In this document: positions 45,858-55,718 of the stretch, in pieces
Layout of the letters: each line of letters begins with the position of its first letter
How positions within the stretch are numbered: the first letter of the stretch is position 1
Origin: Bdellovibrionales bacterium
Lineage (GTDB): Bacteria; Bdellovibrionota; Bdellovibrionia; Bdellovibrionales; UBA1609
Reading direction: 5' to 3'
Assembly (NCBI GenBank): GCA_041690295.1
Contig: JAWLHR010000007.1
Coordinates: 1 to 64,000 of the forward strand
DNA: 64,000 nucleotides
Notes under the pieces: model-generated
The model's database searches: none
What the model was told of the DNA's origin: nothing
What the model saw: only the letters and a program-made list of their open reading frames with translations
Translations under genes and position numbers: made by a program

Positions 45858-47831
45858 GTGCAAGGGGAATTGGGGAACACTGAATATATGTATATGTCAG
45901 TTTCGTGGATGATGCTCATTCTGACAGCCTTGATCGTTTCACCGTATTCCAGCGCGCAAACCCAAGGTGGATATTGCCTGTTTTGCCAGTTTTCCAAGAC
46001 TATAGCGAACTTTGATCCCGGCAAAGCGGACATGTGCGAGGACTTGTACGGGGCCGTTTGTCTCGATGAAAAGGGCGAGCCAAAGCACAAGGGAACGCTC
46101 AGAGGATTTAATAAAATTTTAAATTCCGATGTGGATCGCGCTCGCGATGCCACGGCCAAGGCCATGGGGTTCGAAAGCTTCGATGCCGCTTTGAAAGAGA
46201 AATTTAAGAGCGCGGGGCTGGAATTGGCCGAGCCGATCGATGAGAAGGCGTTCGCCGAGTTGAAGAGGGGAAATCAGGAACGGCTCCGGGATTCGCCAGC
46301 GGGAAAGTTATTCGCCGGACCGAATCAATGTCACAAACGCGTCTCGGAAATCATGGCAAAGGCCGAAAAAGAAAAGAAACAGAAAAATCTTAAAGCGGCC
46401 TTGGCGGAGCTGGCGAAAATCAAATCCCAATACACGCCCGAATTGGTGAAACTTTACGCCAAAGATATACCCCTCTTTATAGCGGAACACCTGGGCCCGG
46501 GTTGTGAGTCCGTGGCGGACAGTCCGGAGCCGGAAAAGAAGGGAAAAAAAGGAAAACAGCGCCAAACTTATAATTTGGCCGCGTGCGCGCGATTGGCGCA
46601 GATTCGCCGGCAGGCGATTGATCTCTTCCGCCAGGAAGGCACGAAAGATTATCAGGCCAAGGCCGAAGCGTTCGTGCGCGAGAACATGCTTCCGGTCGAC
46701 GTCATATCGGACTTGGATGAACCGCTTCCGCCCACGATGGTGGCCGGAATCGGCATCTCGCGTCCCCGTCGCGGCGATAAGAACTCTCAACTGAGGATGC
46801 AAATTGAAGAAGCGGCGGAACTCGCGGAAAAAACCTGCGGACAATATTCCAGCGTGGCCGCCATGGTTGGGGATAAGATTTATTCCGATTTCGCGGGCCA
46901 AGTCAGCAAAGCCAAGCCCACCGTCGACGCGCTCATTGACTCCTTCTACTCCGAGCAAAATAAAGCCAATGCCGAATTGATTTTTCGCGAAACCCGGGCC
47001 GAGATCCAATCGATTGTCGATCAGTTCGTAAAAGATCCGAAAAAGAACAGCCGTATTCAGAACGGTTACAAGGAGTTGAAGTTTAACTGGCCGGAAAAAC
47101 CGCCCGAATCGTATTACACCAACAACGATCAAGGCATTCCCAGTCTCGACAGCAAAAAGTTTCCTCCCATGGCCGGGTTTCAGGCGGACCTCCTCTCAGC
47201 GCTGCATGATCCGAAGCTGAGCTTCTTCAAAACTTTGAACGCCAACTACACTCCCAGCCGGGTTATCGGCTCGGCCAAGGCGCCCGAAAGCGTGACGATG
47301 ATGCCGGCCTTTGTGCGTGCCATGGAACAGAATCCTCTGATCTTTACCGAAGTTCTGGCTCATGAAACTGGGCACAAGATCGGCCCCGAGATCAGCCGTA
47401 TGAATGGCTATGACCTGACCGCGGAATGGAAACAACTTTTGGACTGCTACAAAGAGAGAAATTCCATCCGCATGCAACCGGATCAAGAAGATGAAGTGAT
47501 CGCCGATTATATCTCCTCGGAAGTCATTGCCCGCCAGCTCGCCCGGTTGCCGGAGAATCAACGTCGCGCGGCCCTGATGGCCTCGATGGAAGGGTATTGC
47601 GTTTTGGATAGTGAAAACTACGAAACCCACACGGTGAATTGCAAGGGTGAACACCCGGAAGACTCATTGCGGGTGGCCGGAATCTTCGGCGCCAATCCCA
47701 ATATACGGGAAGTCATTGGCTGCAAAACCGAGTCCTCGAAATTCAAGTCCTGCGGACTCGGCATTCCGCTCGAAATCTCCGGCCCGAACAAGAGTTCCGA
47801 TCCGGTTCCGACGTCGCGAGGTGTGAAATGA
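45858..47831 (+). CDS. Secreted zinc metallopeptidase, M13/neprilysin-like (true start probably an ATG at 45888-45912)
   Basis: CEDLYGAVC, NANY, HETGH, EVIAD and EHP...LRV in M13 order. Confidence 0.75.
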   Translation: MQGELGNTEYMYMSVSWMMLILTALIVSPYSSAQTQGGYCLFCQFSKTIANFDPGKADMCEDLYGAVCLDEKGEPKHKGTLRGFNKILNSDVDRARDATAKAMGFESFDAALKEKFKSAGLELAEPIDEKAFAELKRGNQERLRDSPAGKLFAGPNQCHKRVSEIMAKAEKEKKQKNLKAALAELAKIKSQYTPELVKLYAKDIPLFIAEHLGPGCESVADSPEPEKKGKKGKQRQTYNLAACARLAQIRRQAIDLFRQEGTKDYQAKAEAFVRENMLPVDVISDLDEPLPPTMVAGIGISRPRRGDKNSQLRMQIEEAAELAEKTCGQYSSVAAMVGDKIYSDFAGQVSKAKPTVDALIDSFYSEQNKANAELIFRETRAEIQSIVDQFVKDPKKNSRIQNGYKELKFNWPEKPPESYYTNNDQGIPSLDSKKFPPMAGFQADLLSALHDPKLSFFKTLNANYTPSRVIGSAKAPESVTMMPAFVRAMEQNPLIFTEVLAHETGHKIGPEISRMNGYDLTAEWKQLLDCYKERNSIRMQPDQEDEVIADYISSEVIARQLARLPENQRRAALMASMEGYCVLDSENYETHTVNCKGEHPEDSLRVAGIFGANPNIREVIGCKTESSKFKSCGLGIPLEISGPNKSSDPVPTSRGVK

Positions 47832-48208
47832 GACTCCTGATTTTGATGTTGTTCAGCGGCGGTTTCGCCTTTGCCAAAGGAAAAAATCTGGTTGAGATCA
47901 CTTATAAGGATCGGCTTAAAACCCACCGGTATGTGCTTTTGGATCAATCCGGAAAATACGCCTTGAATTTCCAATCCGCGCCCAAAGTGAAAAAATCTAA
48001 AGAAATGACCCGCCTTCAGGCGGCGCGCCTGCAAACCGAAGCTTTGCGGATCATCTGGAAATCCAAAATGGTGCGAAACCCCTCCCGATGCACCAAATAC
48101 GTTCACATACGCCTACCCGAGGAGCAGGCGGACATTTGCGTCGAGAACGCCGAAACCACCGGCCTCAGCTTCGCGCTTTTGAACGAGCTTCATAGTTTGG
48201 TTCATTGA
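47828..48208 (+). CDS. Small exported basic hypothetical protein
   Basis: ATGA overlap with the peptidase gene; signal peptide AFA; two Cys. Confidence 0.7.
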   Translation: MRLLILMLFSGGFAFAKGKNLVEITYKDRLKTHRYVLLDQSGKYALNFQSAPKVKKSKEMTRLQAARLQTEALRIIWKSKMVRNPSRCTKYVHIRLPEEQADICVENAETTGLSFALLNELHSLVH

Positions 48209-48218
48209 TGGGAGCGTG

Positions 48219-48238
48219 AACCGTGCCCGGGCACAGCT
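48219..48238. repeat. Short imperfect palindromic repeat, copy 2 (AACCGTGCCCGGGCACAGCT)
   Basis: 17/20 identical to 32822-32841. Confidence 0.5.
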
Positions 48239-48294
48239 TTGGTGTCCGGGGTCATCAAGCTCCGGAATATAAGCCATTTTGCCCGCTAAAAATT

Positions 48295-48381
48295 TGGTGG
48301 CTCGGGAGAGACTCGAACTCTCACATCCTTGCGGATACTGGATTTTGAGTCCAGCGCGTCTACCAATTCCACCACCGAGCC
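48295..48381 (-). tRNA. tRNA-Leu(CAA)
   Basis: GGCTCGG/CCGAGCC acceptor stem, CAA anticodon, long variable arm with GCAA loop, GTTCGAGT T-loop, encoded CCA. Confidence 0.97.
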
Positions 48382-48595
48382 AAGGTGAAGCTTCAATATA
48401 TAGGAAACGCAGAACGACTTTATTAACCTCTGGGCGGTTTCCGCTCAAGCATTTCCTTTTTTCATCTCTGTCCGAGAGTTCGCCAGGGTCATTTTGCTTA
48501 TGGCGAATTCACGGGTGCGCCCAGAGGGCCGAAAAATCTAAAAAAGATGTGTGGATATAGCTACTTAGGTAATAGGGTCCAAAATGACCCCACTG

Positions 48596-48611
48596 CGGCA
48601 CATGGCTTGCT
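48596..48611 (+). promoter_or_regulatory. Sigma54 -24/-12 promoter
   Basis: CGGCAC-ATGGC-TTGCT with GG-N10-GC spacing, upstream of the 48666 gene. Confidence 0.55.
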
Positions 48612-48665
48612 CAAAGCGTAACCGCGTAACGAAGGATCGTTAACTCTTATACAGAGGGGTCGAAC

Positions 48666-49814
48666 ATGAAGTTCAAAACTGTGATCGCGATATTAGCGAC
48701 CATATCATTGGCTCAAACTGTTCAAGCCAATGCCAACGGAAACGGCACTTTACGCCGAATCGTGGCTCAAAACGAACAGCCCGCATATGGTGCGGTGGAA
48801 ACTCAGGTGATCGTCACTCAGCAGCCGGCGCAGGTCGTGGAAGCCACGCCCGTACAGCAGCAGCCCGCCACAGTGGTGGAAGCGGCTCCGGTGCTTGAGT
48901 CCAAGGCCGAGGCGATGCGTAAGGCTCGTCAAAACGCCGAAATTCAGACGGAACAAATGATTGTCGAGAAGCTCGAAGAAGCCCGCTTGCGCGAAGAGCA
49001 AGAGCGTGCTCAGCGCTTGTTCGGCAATAAGTTTGAATCTCCGGCTCAACAACAGCCGCAACAGCAGGTTGTCACACCCGCTCCGGTGCAAACGGTGGTC
49101 GTGCCTGAAGAAAAGCCGGCTCCGGCCCAGGTGACGATTGAAAAAGTGGAAATCGTGCAGCCGCAACCGGCTCCGGTCGTCGCCGAAGAGGAAGCGCCGA
49201 AGAGCAAGCTTTCGGCCAAGAGCTTGATCGATGAAGAGGAAGAAGAGAGCTTCTCTCAACGCTGGTACATCAGCGGAACTCTGGGTGGCTTGAACTATGA
49301 CGCTTCGAACGTGAAGACCAATATGGGTGGTGGTTTCGCCATCGGCGTGTTGGTGAATGAGCGTACCGCCGTTGAAGGTTCGTTCATCTACTCGAACCAC
49401 TACATCGATACATTCTGGAATCCCGGAATCTATCGTGAATTGGATCAGTACGACATCGGTTTGAACGCGAAGTACTACATTCTCACGCAGCGGGTTCGTC
49501 CGTACATCGGCGCTGGTATGTCCTACATTTCACGTCAGTACCACAGCCGGCTCGTGCCCAACTCGATCATCTTCAACACCGCGGCTCCGAGCAGTGAAGA
49601 AACCGAAGCGATCAACTTGAACCTGATGGCGGGTGCGGATTTCATTGTCAGCGACACGATCTCCATCGGTGCGGGTATCGACTACAGCACCAACGTGATG
49701 AACCGCAATGAATTCGACTTCTCCAACTACTACACAACTCTGCCGGAGAACACCAAGGCGTTGGAAGAAATCGACTTCTACATGCTCAAAGTCACCGCCA
49801 AGATGACCTTCTAA
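48666..49814 (+). CDS. Outer-membrane beta-barrel protein with a long Q/P/V/E-rich N-terminal region
   Basis: Signal peptide, low-complexity and coiled-coil region, C-terminal barrel (RPYIGAG), terminal Phe. Confidence 0.85.
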   Translation: MKFKTVIAILATISLAQTVQANANGNGTLRRIVAQNEQPAYGAVETQVIVTQQPAQVVEATPVQQQPATVVEAAPVLESKAEAMRKARQNAEIQTEQMIVEKLEEARLREEQERAQRLFGNKFESPAQQQPQQQVVTPAPVQTVVVPEEKPAPAQVTIEKVEIVQPQPAPVVAEEEAPKSKLSAKSLIDEEEEESFSQRWYISGTLGGLNYDASNVKTNMGGGFAIGVLVNERTAVEGSFIYSNHYIDTFWNPGIYRELDQYDIGLNAKYYILTQRVRPYIGAGMSYISRQYHSRLVPNSIIFNTAAPSSEETEAINLNLMAGADFIVSDTISIGAGIDYSTNVMNRNEFDFSNYYTTLPENTKALEEIDFYMLKVTAKMTF

Positions 49815-49918
49815 TTAAAATTGGAACTGGACGATCGCGGCCGCAAGGCCGCGGTCGAAAGGCATAAACTCTCCCTCTAGCGGCGGCGTGCTCCGCGGCA
49901 AGGGAATTCCCTCTGTAG

Positions 49919-49952
49919 TCCGGGCCTTCGACATAGGGCCCGGATTTTTTTT
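49919..49952 (+). terminator. Rho-independent terminator
   Basis: TCCGGGCC/GGCCCGGA stem followed by T8. Confidence 0.85.
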
Positions 49953-49988
49953 GCGCCTTACCCGGCCTCTTCTGATAGAATCAAAGCC

Positions 49989-50615
49989 ATGCATTGGGCG
50001 TCCCTTTGGCTTCCGTGTTTTCTTCCCATCATTGCCGGAGCCGAGATCATTTCGGCGGGAGTGGGAATGGTGAAGGGTGAGGTGATCACCAGCCGCCAGG
50101 TGCAAATCCAGAATCTGCTCGAATTGGCCCTTGAGAAAAAATCAGCGGATATGAAGATTCTGCCCCTGGATTCCAAGGCCTTCGCCAAAGTGGTTCAGGA
50201 CACGCTCCTTGAGGCGGCCATCGCCTTGGAAGCGCGCAACTTCAATGTGGTGCAAGTCCCCGATGAGGATCTGGCCCGGCTGGAAAAGCGGGTGATGCCG
50301 CTGCTGAAAAAATCGGCGGCCTGGAGCAAGTTGCAAGTGACCCCCCAGGAGCTGCGGTCGGGGCTTGCACAAAAGATGCAGGCGAAGAAATTCGTGGAGT
50401 TTCGGTCGAAATCCTCGGTTTTGCCCATAACGGATGCCGAGGCTCAAAAATATTTCAATGAAAATCGCTTGAAATTCGGTGACCTTCCGTACGAAAACTT
50501 CAAGGAAAATATAAAGGCCTACTTGAGCCGCACTCAGGTTGAGAGGCGACTCAAGGACTGGTATGAAGTTTTGTTGAACAAGTACCAGGTCAAAAACCTC
50601 ATTGCGGAGATTTGA
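49989..50615 (+). CDS. Exported hypothetical protein, SurA N-terminal-like
   Basis: Signal peptide; VKGEVITS; ITDAEAQKYFNEN; helical. Confidence 0.65.
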   Translation: MHWASLWLPCFLPIIAGAEIISAGVGMVKGEVITSRQVQIQNLLELALEKKSADMKILPLDSKAFAKVVQDTLLEAAIALEARNFNVVQVPDEDLARLEKRVMPLLKKSAAWSKLQVTPQELRSGLAQKMQAKKFVEFRSKSSVLPITDAEAQKYFNENRLKFGDLPYENFKENIKAYLSRTQVERRLKDWYEVLLNKYQVKNLIAEI

Positions 50616-51075
50616 CACTTTGATCGAGGATTCAGGCGAAATTGAAGTCTTGACCCTGAGGCATTTGCCCCAGTTGGTGAGCCTCATGGAGTCGGTCTAC
50701 GACAAGGCCGAGAATCCCGTTGGCGGAATTTGGACCCGGGATCTCCTCAAGCAGGAGTTGGAAATCGGGCAAGGCGTGGGGTTGGTCGAGGAGCGCTTCG
50801 GCCTGGCCGCGTTCATTCTCTTTCGGCTTTATGAACAGCACCGGGAAATCACGGTACTGGCGACCCATCCGGAGCGTCAAAGACGGGGAAATATGCGATA
50901 TCTCTTGTCCTACATGCTCGAGCGCAAATCACCCAATGAGCGCATCTGGCTCGAGGTTCATGCTCAAAACCAACCCGCCTTGAACCTCTACGAACAACTG
51001 GGTTTCCAGCAGGTGGGACGTCGTCCGAAGTATTATCGCGATGGCGGCGACGCCATTCTGTTCACTCTCGGATAA
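50602..51075 (+). CDS. RimI-like GNAT acetyltransferase (start uncertain; TTG 50620 possible)
   Basis: QRRG, WLEV..N.PA..LYEQLGF and RPKYY motifs. Confidence 0.85.
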   Translation: MRRFDTLIEDSGEIEVLTLRHLPQLVSLMESVYDKAENPVGGIWTRDLLKQELEIGQGVGLVEERFGLAAFILFRLYEQHREITVLATHPERQRRGNMRYLLSYMLERKSPNERIWLEVHAQNQPALNLYEQLGFQQVGRRPKYYRDGGDAILFTLG

Positions 51076-51122
51076 GGGCTTGCCAGAGCGCCCTAAATGC
51101 TGATATTTACTCATTTTCAACT

Positions 51123-51147
51123 AGAGGGCGCAGGCCCTCTTTTTTTT
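51123..51147 (+). promoter_or_regulatory. rimP leader hairpin (terminator-like)
   Basis: AGAGGGC-GCAG-GCCCTCT plus a T run just before the rimP RBS. Confidence 0.6.
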
Positions 51148-51165
51148 GGATTTTCGGGAGTTTGC

Positions 51166-51672
51166 GTGGTGTTATCACCGGCAAAAATGGAACAAATCCG
51201 TGCATTTGCGGAGGAGGTTGCGGTACGAGAAGGGTGCCGCCTCTATGATTTGGAGTTCCACGAAGGTCCAAACCGCACGTTGCGTATTTTTATCGATAAG
51301 CAACCGGGCGGAGTCACGCTGGAAGATTGCGTGAACGTTTCGCGGGGGTTGAACCTCCGCCTCGACGTGGAAGACGCCATACCTGGCGGGCGGTATGAAC
51401 TTGAAGTTTCGTCGCCGGGTTTGGAGCGAAAACTGACGCAGCTCTGGCATTTCAGTGGTGCGATCGGGCAGACGGTTCAGTTGCGCTATCGTGATGCCGC
51501 CGGAGACATCAAATCCTATGAAGGGCATTTGGATGAAGTCCGGGATAGTGAGTTGGTGTTTTCGAATTCGAAGGGGATTTTCACAGTGGATTATGGGCAA
51601 GTTGAACGCGCCCGTGTCCTCCTGAGCGATCCGTTTCCGAAACGGCCTGCGCCAGGTAAGAAGAAGAGGTAA
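51166..51672 (+). CDS. rimP: Ribosome maturation factor RimP
   Basis: LRIFIDK, EDC..VSR and YELEVSSPGLER motifs; GGGAG RBS before GTG 51166/51169. Confidence 0.95.
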   Translation: MVLSPAKMEQIRAFAEEVAVREGCRLYDLEFHEGPNRTLRIFIDKQPGGVTLEDCVNVSRGLNLRLDVEDAIPGGRYELEVSSPGLERKLTQLWHFSGAIGQTVQLRYRDAAGDIKSYEGHLDEVRDSELVFSNSKGIFTVDYGQVERARVLLSDPFPKRPAPGKKKR

Positions 51673-51675
51673 GGT

Positions 51676-53082
51676 ATGGCAGATAATATGTTTTCTGATC
51701 TTGGACGACTGATTGAACAGTTGGGAAAAGATAAAGGTATTGACCGGCAGGTGGTGATTGACGCCATCGAGCAGGGGATGGTTTTGGCCGCTCGCAAGAA
51801 GTACGGCACGTACCGCGAAATCGAAGCCAAATACAACGAAGAACTCGGTGAAGTTGAACTGTACGAATTCAAAGAGGTCGTACGGGATGAAGATTTCATC
51901 GACGAAGAAGTCGAAATCAAATTGAGTGAAGCTCTGGAGTTAGATCCGGAAGCTCAATTGAACGACTCCATTGGACGTAAGCTCGATTCCGCGGATTTGG
52001 GACGTATCGCCGCGCAGACCGCCAAGCAAATCATCATGCAGAAGGTCCGCGAAGCGGAGCGCGACATTATCTTTGCGGAATTCGAACAACGAAAAGGTGA
52101 AATCGCCTCCGGAATCGCCCGCCGGGTTGAGCGCGGCGCGATCGTGGTCGACCTGGGTCGGACGGAAGCCTACATTCCGCCGCGGGAACAGATTCCGGGT
52201 GAAGTTTACAAGCCGGGTGACCGGATTCAGGGTTACATCGCTGATGTGCGCGCCACCACTCGTGGTCCGCAGATCATCATGTCCCGGGCCGATGAGCGTT
52301 ATTTGATCAAGTTGTTTGAAGTGGAAGTTCCGGAAATCTACGACGGTATCGTGGAAATCGTCGCGGCCGCGCGCGAGCCCGGTCAACGGGCGAAGATCGC
52401 GGTGCGGTCCAAAGATCCGGCGGTGGATCCGGTGGGCGCCTGTGTCGGTATGAAGGGCTCCCGCGTGCAAAACATCGTGCAAGAGCTCCGCGGTGAGAAG
52501 ATCGACATCGTCAATTGGGACGAGGATCCCGCGCGCTTCGTGTGCAATGCTCTCGCACCGGCGGAAATCTCGAAGGTATTCCTCGATGAAGGTAATCGCG
52601 AGATGGAAGTCATCGTTCCCGACAACCAGTTGAGTTTGGCGATCGGTAAGAAAGGTCAGAACGTGCGGTTGGCCGCGAAGCTGACTGGTTACAAGCTCGA
52701 CATCCTGTCTGAGAGCGCGATGGCGCAAAAGACCGCTCAAGCTCTTCTCAATCTGACGTTGTTGCCGGGCATGACCGAGACGATGGCGCAAAACATCTAC
52801 CAGTCGGGATTCTCGTCCGTTCAGATGTTGGCCGAGGCCGATGTGGACCAGATCACCAACATTCCCGGATATGAGGATGAAGCCAAGGCTCAGAAGTTGA
52901 TCGATGATGCGAAAGCGTTGATTGAAAAATACAAAGCCGAAGGAAAAGAGCTTCCGACGGTGTCCGCGAAAGGCGCGGAAGGAGCTGGTAAAGAAGTCCA
53001 AGCTTCGCAGGATGCAAAAAGCCAGGCCGAAAGCCGACTCCGCGAGGAGATGGCCCAGCTGGCCAAAAAGGAGAATGAGTGA
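51676..53082 (+). CDS. nusA: Transcription factor NusA
   Basis: GRIAAQTAKQ, GACVGMKGSR and AIGKKGQNVRLA motifs. Confidence 0.99.
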   Translation: MADNMFSDLGRLIEQLGKDKGIDRQVVIDAIEQGMVLAARKKYGTYREIEAKYNEELGEVELYEFKEVVRDEDFIDEEVEIKLSEALELDPEAQLNDSIGRKLDSADLGRIAAQTAKQIIMQKVREAERDIIFAEFEQRKGEIASGIARRVERGAIVVDLGRTEAYIPPREQIPGEVYKPGDRIQGYIADVRATTRGPQIIMSRADERYLIKLFEVEVPEIYDGIVEIVAAAREPGQRAKIAVRSKDPAVDPVGACVGMKGSRVQNIVQELRGEKIDIVNWDEDPARFVCNALAPAEISKVFLDEGNREMEVIVPDNQLSLAIGKKGQNVRLAAKLTGYKLDILSESAMAQKTAQALLNLTLLPGMTETMAQNIYQSGFSSVQMLAEADVDQITNIPGYEDEAKAQKLIDDAKALIEKYKAEGKELPTVSAKGAEGAGKEVQASQDAKSQAESRLREEMAQLAKKENE

Positions 53083-55715
53083 CGCAATTGAAGGTCTTTG
53101 AATTCGCCAAAGAAATCGGCGTCGAAACTTTGGCCCTGATGGATAAGATCCGGGAGTGGAAACTTCCGGTTCGCAGTCACATGGCGACTCTTGATGAGGC
53201 CATGATGAACGAGATCCGTTCGCGACTTCAACAAGCCGCGCAGGCAGAGGCGGAAGCGTCCAAGCCCAAAAAGAAAGGCGCGGTTCGCAAGAAAGCGGCG
53301 GAGAAATCCACTGAAACCATCGTGAAGCGGGAAGCCGGCGCGGCCGGTGAAGCGGCGGTCAAGAAAGTCGCGAAGAAAAAAACCACCCGCGCCGATGGCA
53401 AGACCGTGCGATCCACTGTGATTCGACGTAAAGCCGGTGAGGCGGAGGCCAAAGCGGAAGCCGCTGCCGCCGAGCAGGCCGCGGCCGCGCAGGAACAAGC
53501 CGCGGCTCAAGCGCAAGCCGAGGCGGCTCAAGAAGCCGCGTCGAGCGAAGCGACATCGACGACCGCAGCCGCTGAAACCACGGAAACGCCACGCGAAGAA
53601 ACTGTAAAGCGCCGTAATATCGTCGGGCGCATGGATTTACGCCGAGTGGCCGAAATTCGTGGTTCCCAAGGGGGACCCGCGGGCGCCGGCGCTCCGCGAG
53701 TGTCGAGAACCGCTCCTCGCAATATCCGCACTGGATTTTTCTCCGCCGACACGATGATCGTTCCGGAAGAACCGGCTCCGTTCGTCTCCCGTGAGAAGGA
53801 GGAAAAAAAGCGTCGCCCCAGCGGGCTGCGTGAAGAGGAACAACAGGTTTTCACGGCCACTGAATTCCGTAAGCGCGAGGTGATCTTTCAGCCCAAGAAA
53901 AAGAAAGTGATTTCGGGTCGAGAGGCCAAGAAAACACAAATCACCACGCCCGCCGCTCATAAGCGCGTCGTGAAAGTTCATGGGCACATCACCTTGGCCA
54001 ATCTCGCCATGGAAATGGGTATCAAGGCGCCGGTCCTCATGAAGAAACTCATGCAAGAGGGTGTGCAGGCGTCGATGAACACCGAACTCGACTACGAAAC
54101 GGTGGCGTTGATTGTTCCGGAGTTCGGTTGGGAAGCTCAAAACGTACAAAAGTCCGTCGATGAATTGGTCGCGGAGGCCGCGTTCGGTGATATGGACGCC
54201 GAAAAGGTCACACGACCGCCCGTGGTCACGGTCATGGGTCACGTCGACCACGGAAAAACCTCGCTTCTCGATGCCATTCGCAAATCGAGAGTGGCGGCGG
54301 GAGAGGCCGGTGGGATCACTCAGCACATTGGTGCGTATTCGGTGACCCTGGAGGATGGAAATAAGATCACGTTCATCGATACTCCCGGCCACGAAGCGTT
54401 CACCGCCATGCGGGCTCGCGGAGCGAACGTTACGGATATCGCCATTATCGTCGTGGCGGCGGATGACGGTATGATGCCGCAGACGGCGGAAGCCATTAAC
54501 CACGCCAAGGCGGCGAATGTGCCGATCATCGTGGCGGTGAACAAAATGGACAAACCCGGCGCCAATCCCGACCGAGTGAAGCAGCAACTGACCGAGCTTG
54601 AGCTGGTGCCCGAGGAATGGGGCGGTACGACCATTTATTGTCCGGTGTCCGCTTTGAAGGGGACTGGAATTAAAGAACTACTTGAACAAATTCTCGTGGT
54701 TGCTGAAGTTCAGGAATTAAAAGCCAATCCGAAGCGTTCGGGAACCGGTGTGGTCATCGAAAGCCGGATGGAAAAAGGCCGGGGAACGGTGGCCACCATC
54801 TTGGTGCAAGACGGAACCGTCAGCGTGGGTCAGGTCATTGTGGCCGGACAAGTGGTGGGCCGCATCCGCAATATGTCGGATGACCAGGGTCGCACCGTGA
54901 AGGAAGCGGGACCGGGTATGCCGGTGGAAATTCTCGGACTTCCCGAGCCGCCCATGGCCGGTGACCGTTTCGACATCGTCAAAGATGAGGAAATCGGCCA
55001 GAAGATCGCGGAACAGCGTCGGGCCGCCATGCAGAAAGAAGAAGTGCCTTCATCCAAAATGAGTCTGGAGCAGTTGTTCGCCCGCGTGAAAACCGGCGAC
55101 GTCAAAGAACTCTCCTTGGTCTTGAAGTCCGATGTGGCGGGAAGCTTGGAAGCCATCAAAGGCATGGTGGATAAGCTCGCGACCGAAGAAGTGAAGGTGA
55201 AGATCATTCACTCCGCGGTCGGCGGAATCACGGAAAGCGACGTGCTTTTGGCTTCGACGGCCAAAGGCGTGATCGTGGGCTTCAACGTGCGTCCTGACTC
55301 TGGCGCCACCCGTTTGGCGAAAGAAAAAGGCATTGAGATTAAGACCTATTCGATCATCTATGAGTTGATTGATGACTTGAAGAAAGCGCTCAGTGGCTTG
55401 CTGGCACCCAGTGTGGTGGAGAAAGCCATGGGTCGGGCCGAGGTCCGCAACACCTTTGTCGTTCCCAAGATGGGCACGATCGCGGGTTGCTTCGTGACCG
55501 AAGGCAAGATCGCGCGTAACCAATTGCTCCGGCTTGTGCGTGACGGAAAAATCATTTTCGAGGGCAAAGTCGGCAGTCTCAGACGGTTTAAAGATGACGT
55601 GCGCGAAGTCGCCGCCGGCTTCGAGTGCGGTATCGGAATCGAAAACTTTAACGACATCAAGGTGGGCGACGTCATTGAATCTTTCGTTAAAGAGGAAGTC
55701 AGTCGGGAGTTATAA
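53079..55715 (+). CDS. infB: Translation initiation factor IF-2
   Basis: [16 protein letters not shown] and NKMD motifs. Confidence 0.99.
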   Translation: MTQLKVFEFAKEIGVETLALMDKIREWKLPVRSHMATLDEAMMNEIRSRLQQAAQAEAEASKPKKKGAVRKKAAEKSTETIVKREAGAAGEAAVKKVAKKKTTRADGKTVRSTVIRRKAGEAEAKAEAAAAEQAAAAQEQAAAQAQAEAAQEAASSEATSTTAAAETTETPREETVKRRNIVGRMDLRRVAEIRGSQGGPAGAGAPRVSRTAPRNIRTGFFSADTMIVPEEPAPFVSREKEEKKRRPSGLREEEQQVFTATEFRKREVIFQPKKKKVISGREAKKTQITTPAAHKRVVKVHGHITLANLAMEMGIKAPVLMKKLMQEGVQASMNTELDYETVALIVPEFGWEAQNVQKSVDELVAEAAFGDMDAEKVTRPPVVTVMGHVDHGKTSLLDAIRKSRVAAGEAGGITQHIGAYSVTLEDGNKITFIDTPGHEAFTAMRARGANVTDIAIIVVAADDGMMPQTAEAINHAKAANVPIIVAVNKMDKPGANPDRVKQQLTELELVPEEWGGTTIYCPVSALKGTGIKELLEQILVVAEVQELKANPKRSGTGVVIESRMEKGRGTVATILVQDGTVSVGQVIVAGQVVGRIRNMSDDQGRTVKEAGPGMPVEILGLPEPPMAGDRFDIVKDEEIGQKIAEQRRAAMQKEEVPSSKMSLEQLFARVKTGDVKELSLVLKSDVAGSLEAIKGMVDKLATEEVKVKIIHSAVGGITESDVLLASTAKGVIVGFNVRPDSGATRLAKEKGIEIKTYSIIYELIDDLKKALSGLLAPSVVEKAMGRAEVRNTFVVPKMGTIAGCFVTEGKIARNQLLRLVRDGKIIFEGKVGSLRRFKDDVREVAAGFECGIGIENFNDIKVGDVIESFVKEEVSREL

Positions 55716-55718
55716 AAT

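Noticed and set aside
41832..48294. Genomic island integrated at tRNA-Leu
   Set aside because: There is no integrase, and I did not spot a duplicated tRNA 3' end by eye; accessory-looking genes alone are not enough.
48113..48560. ORFs overlapping the tRNA (48113-48448 -, 48279-48560 +)
   Set aside because: They are spurious translations across tRNA-Leu.
49823..49930. Resemblance to the 5' end of RNase P RNA (GGACGATCGC...GCAAG...AGTCCGGGC)
   Set aside because: The region is far too short, lacks the GAGGAAAGTCC and 3' conserved elements, and the AGTCCGGGC is part of the terminator stem.
51097..51165. Upstream rimP start at ATG 51097
   Set aside because: It would translate through the promoter and leader hairpin; the RBS supports GTG 51166/51169.
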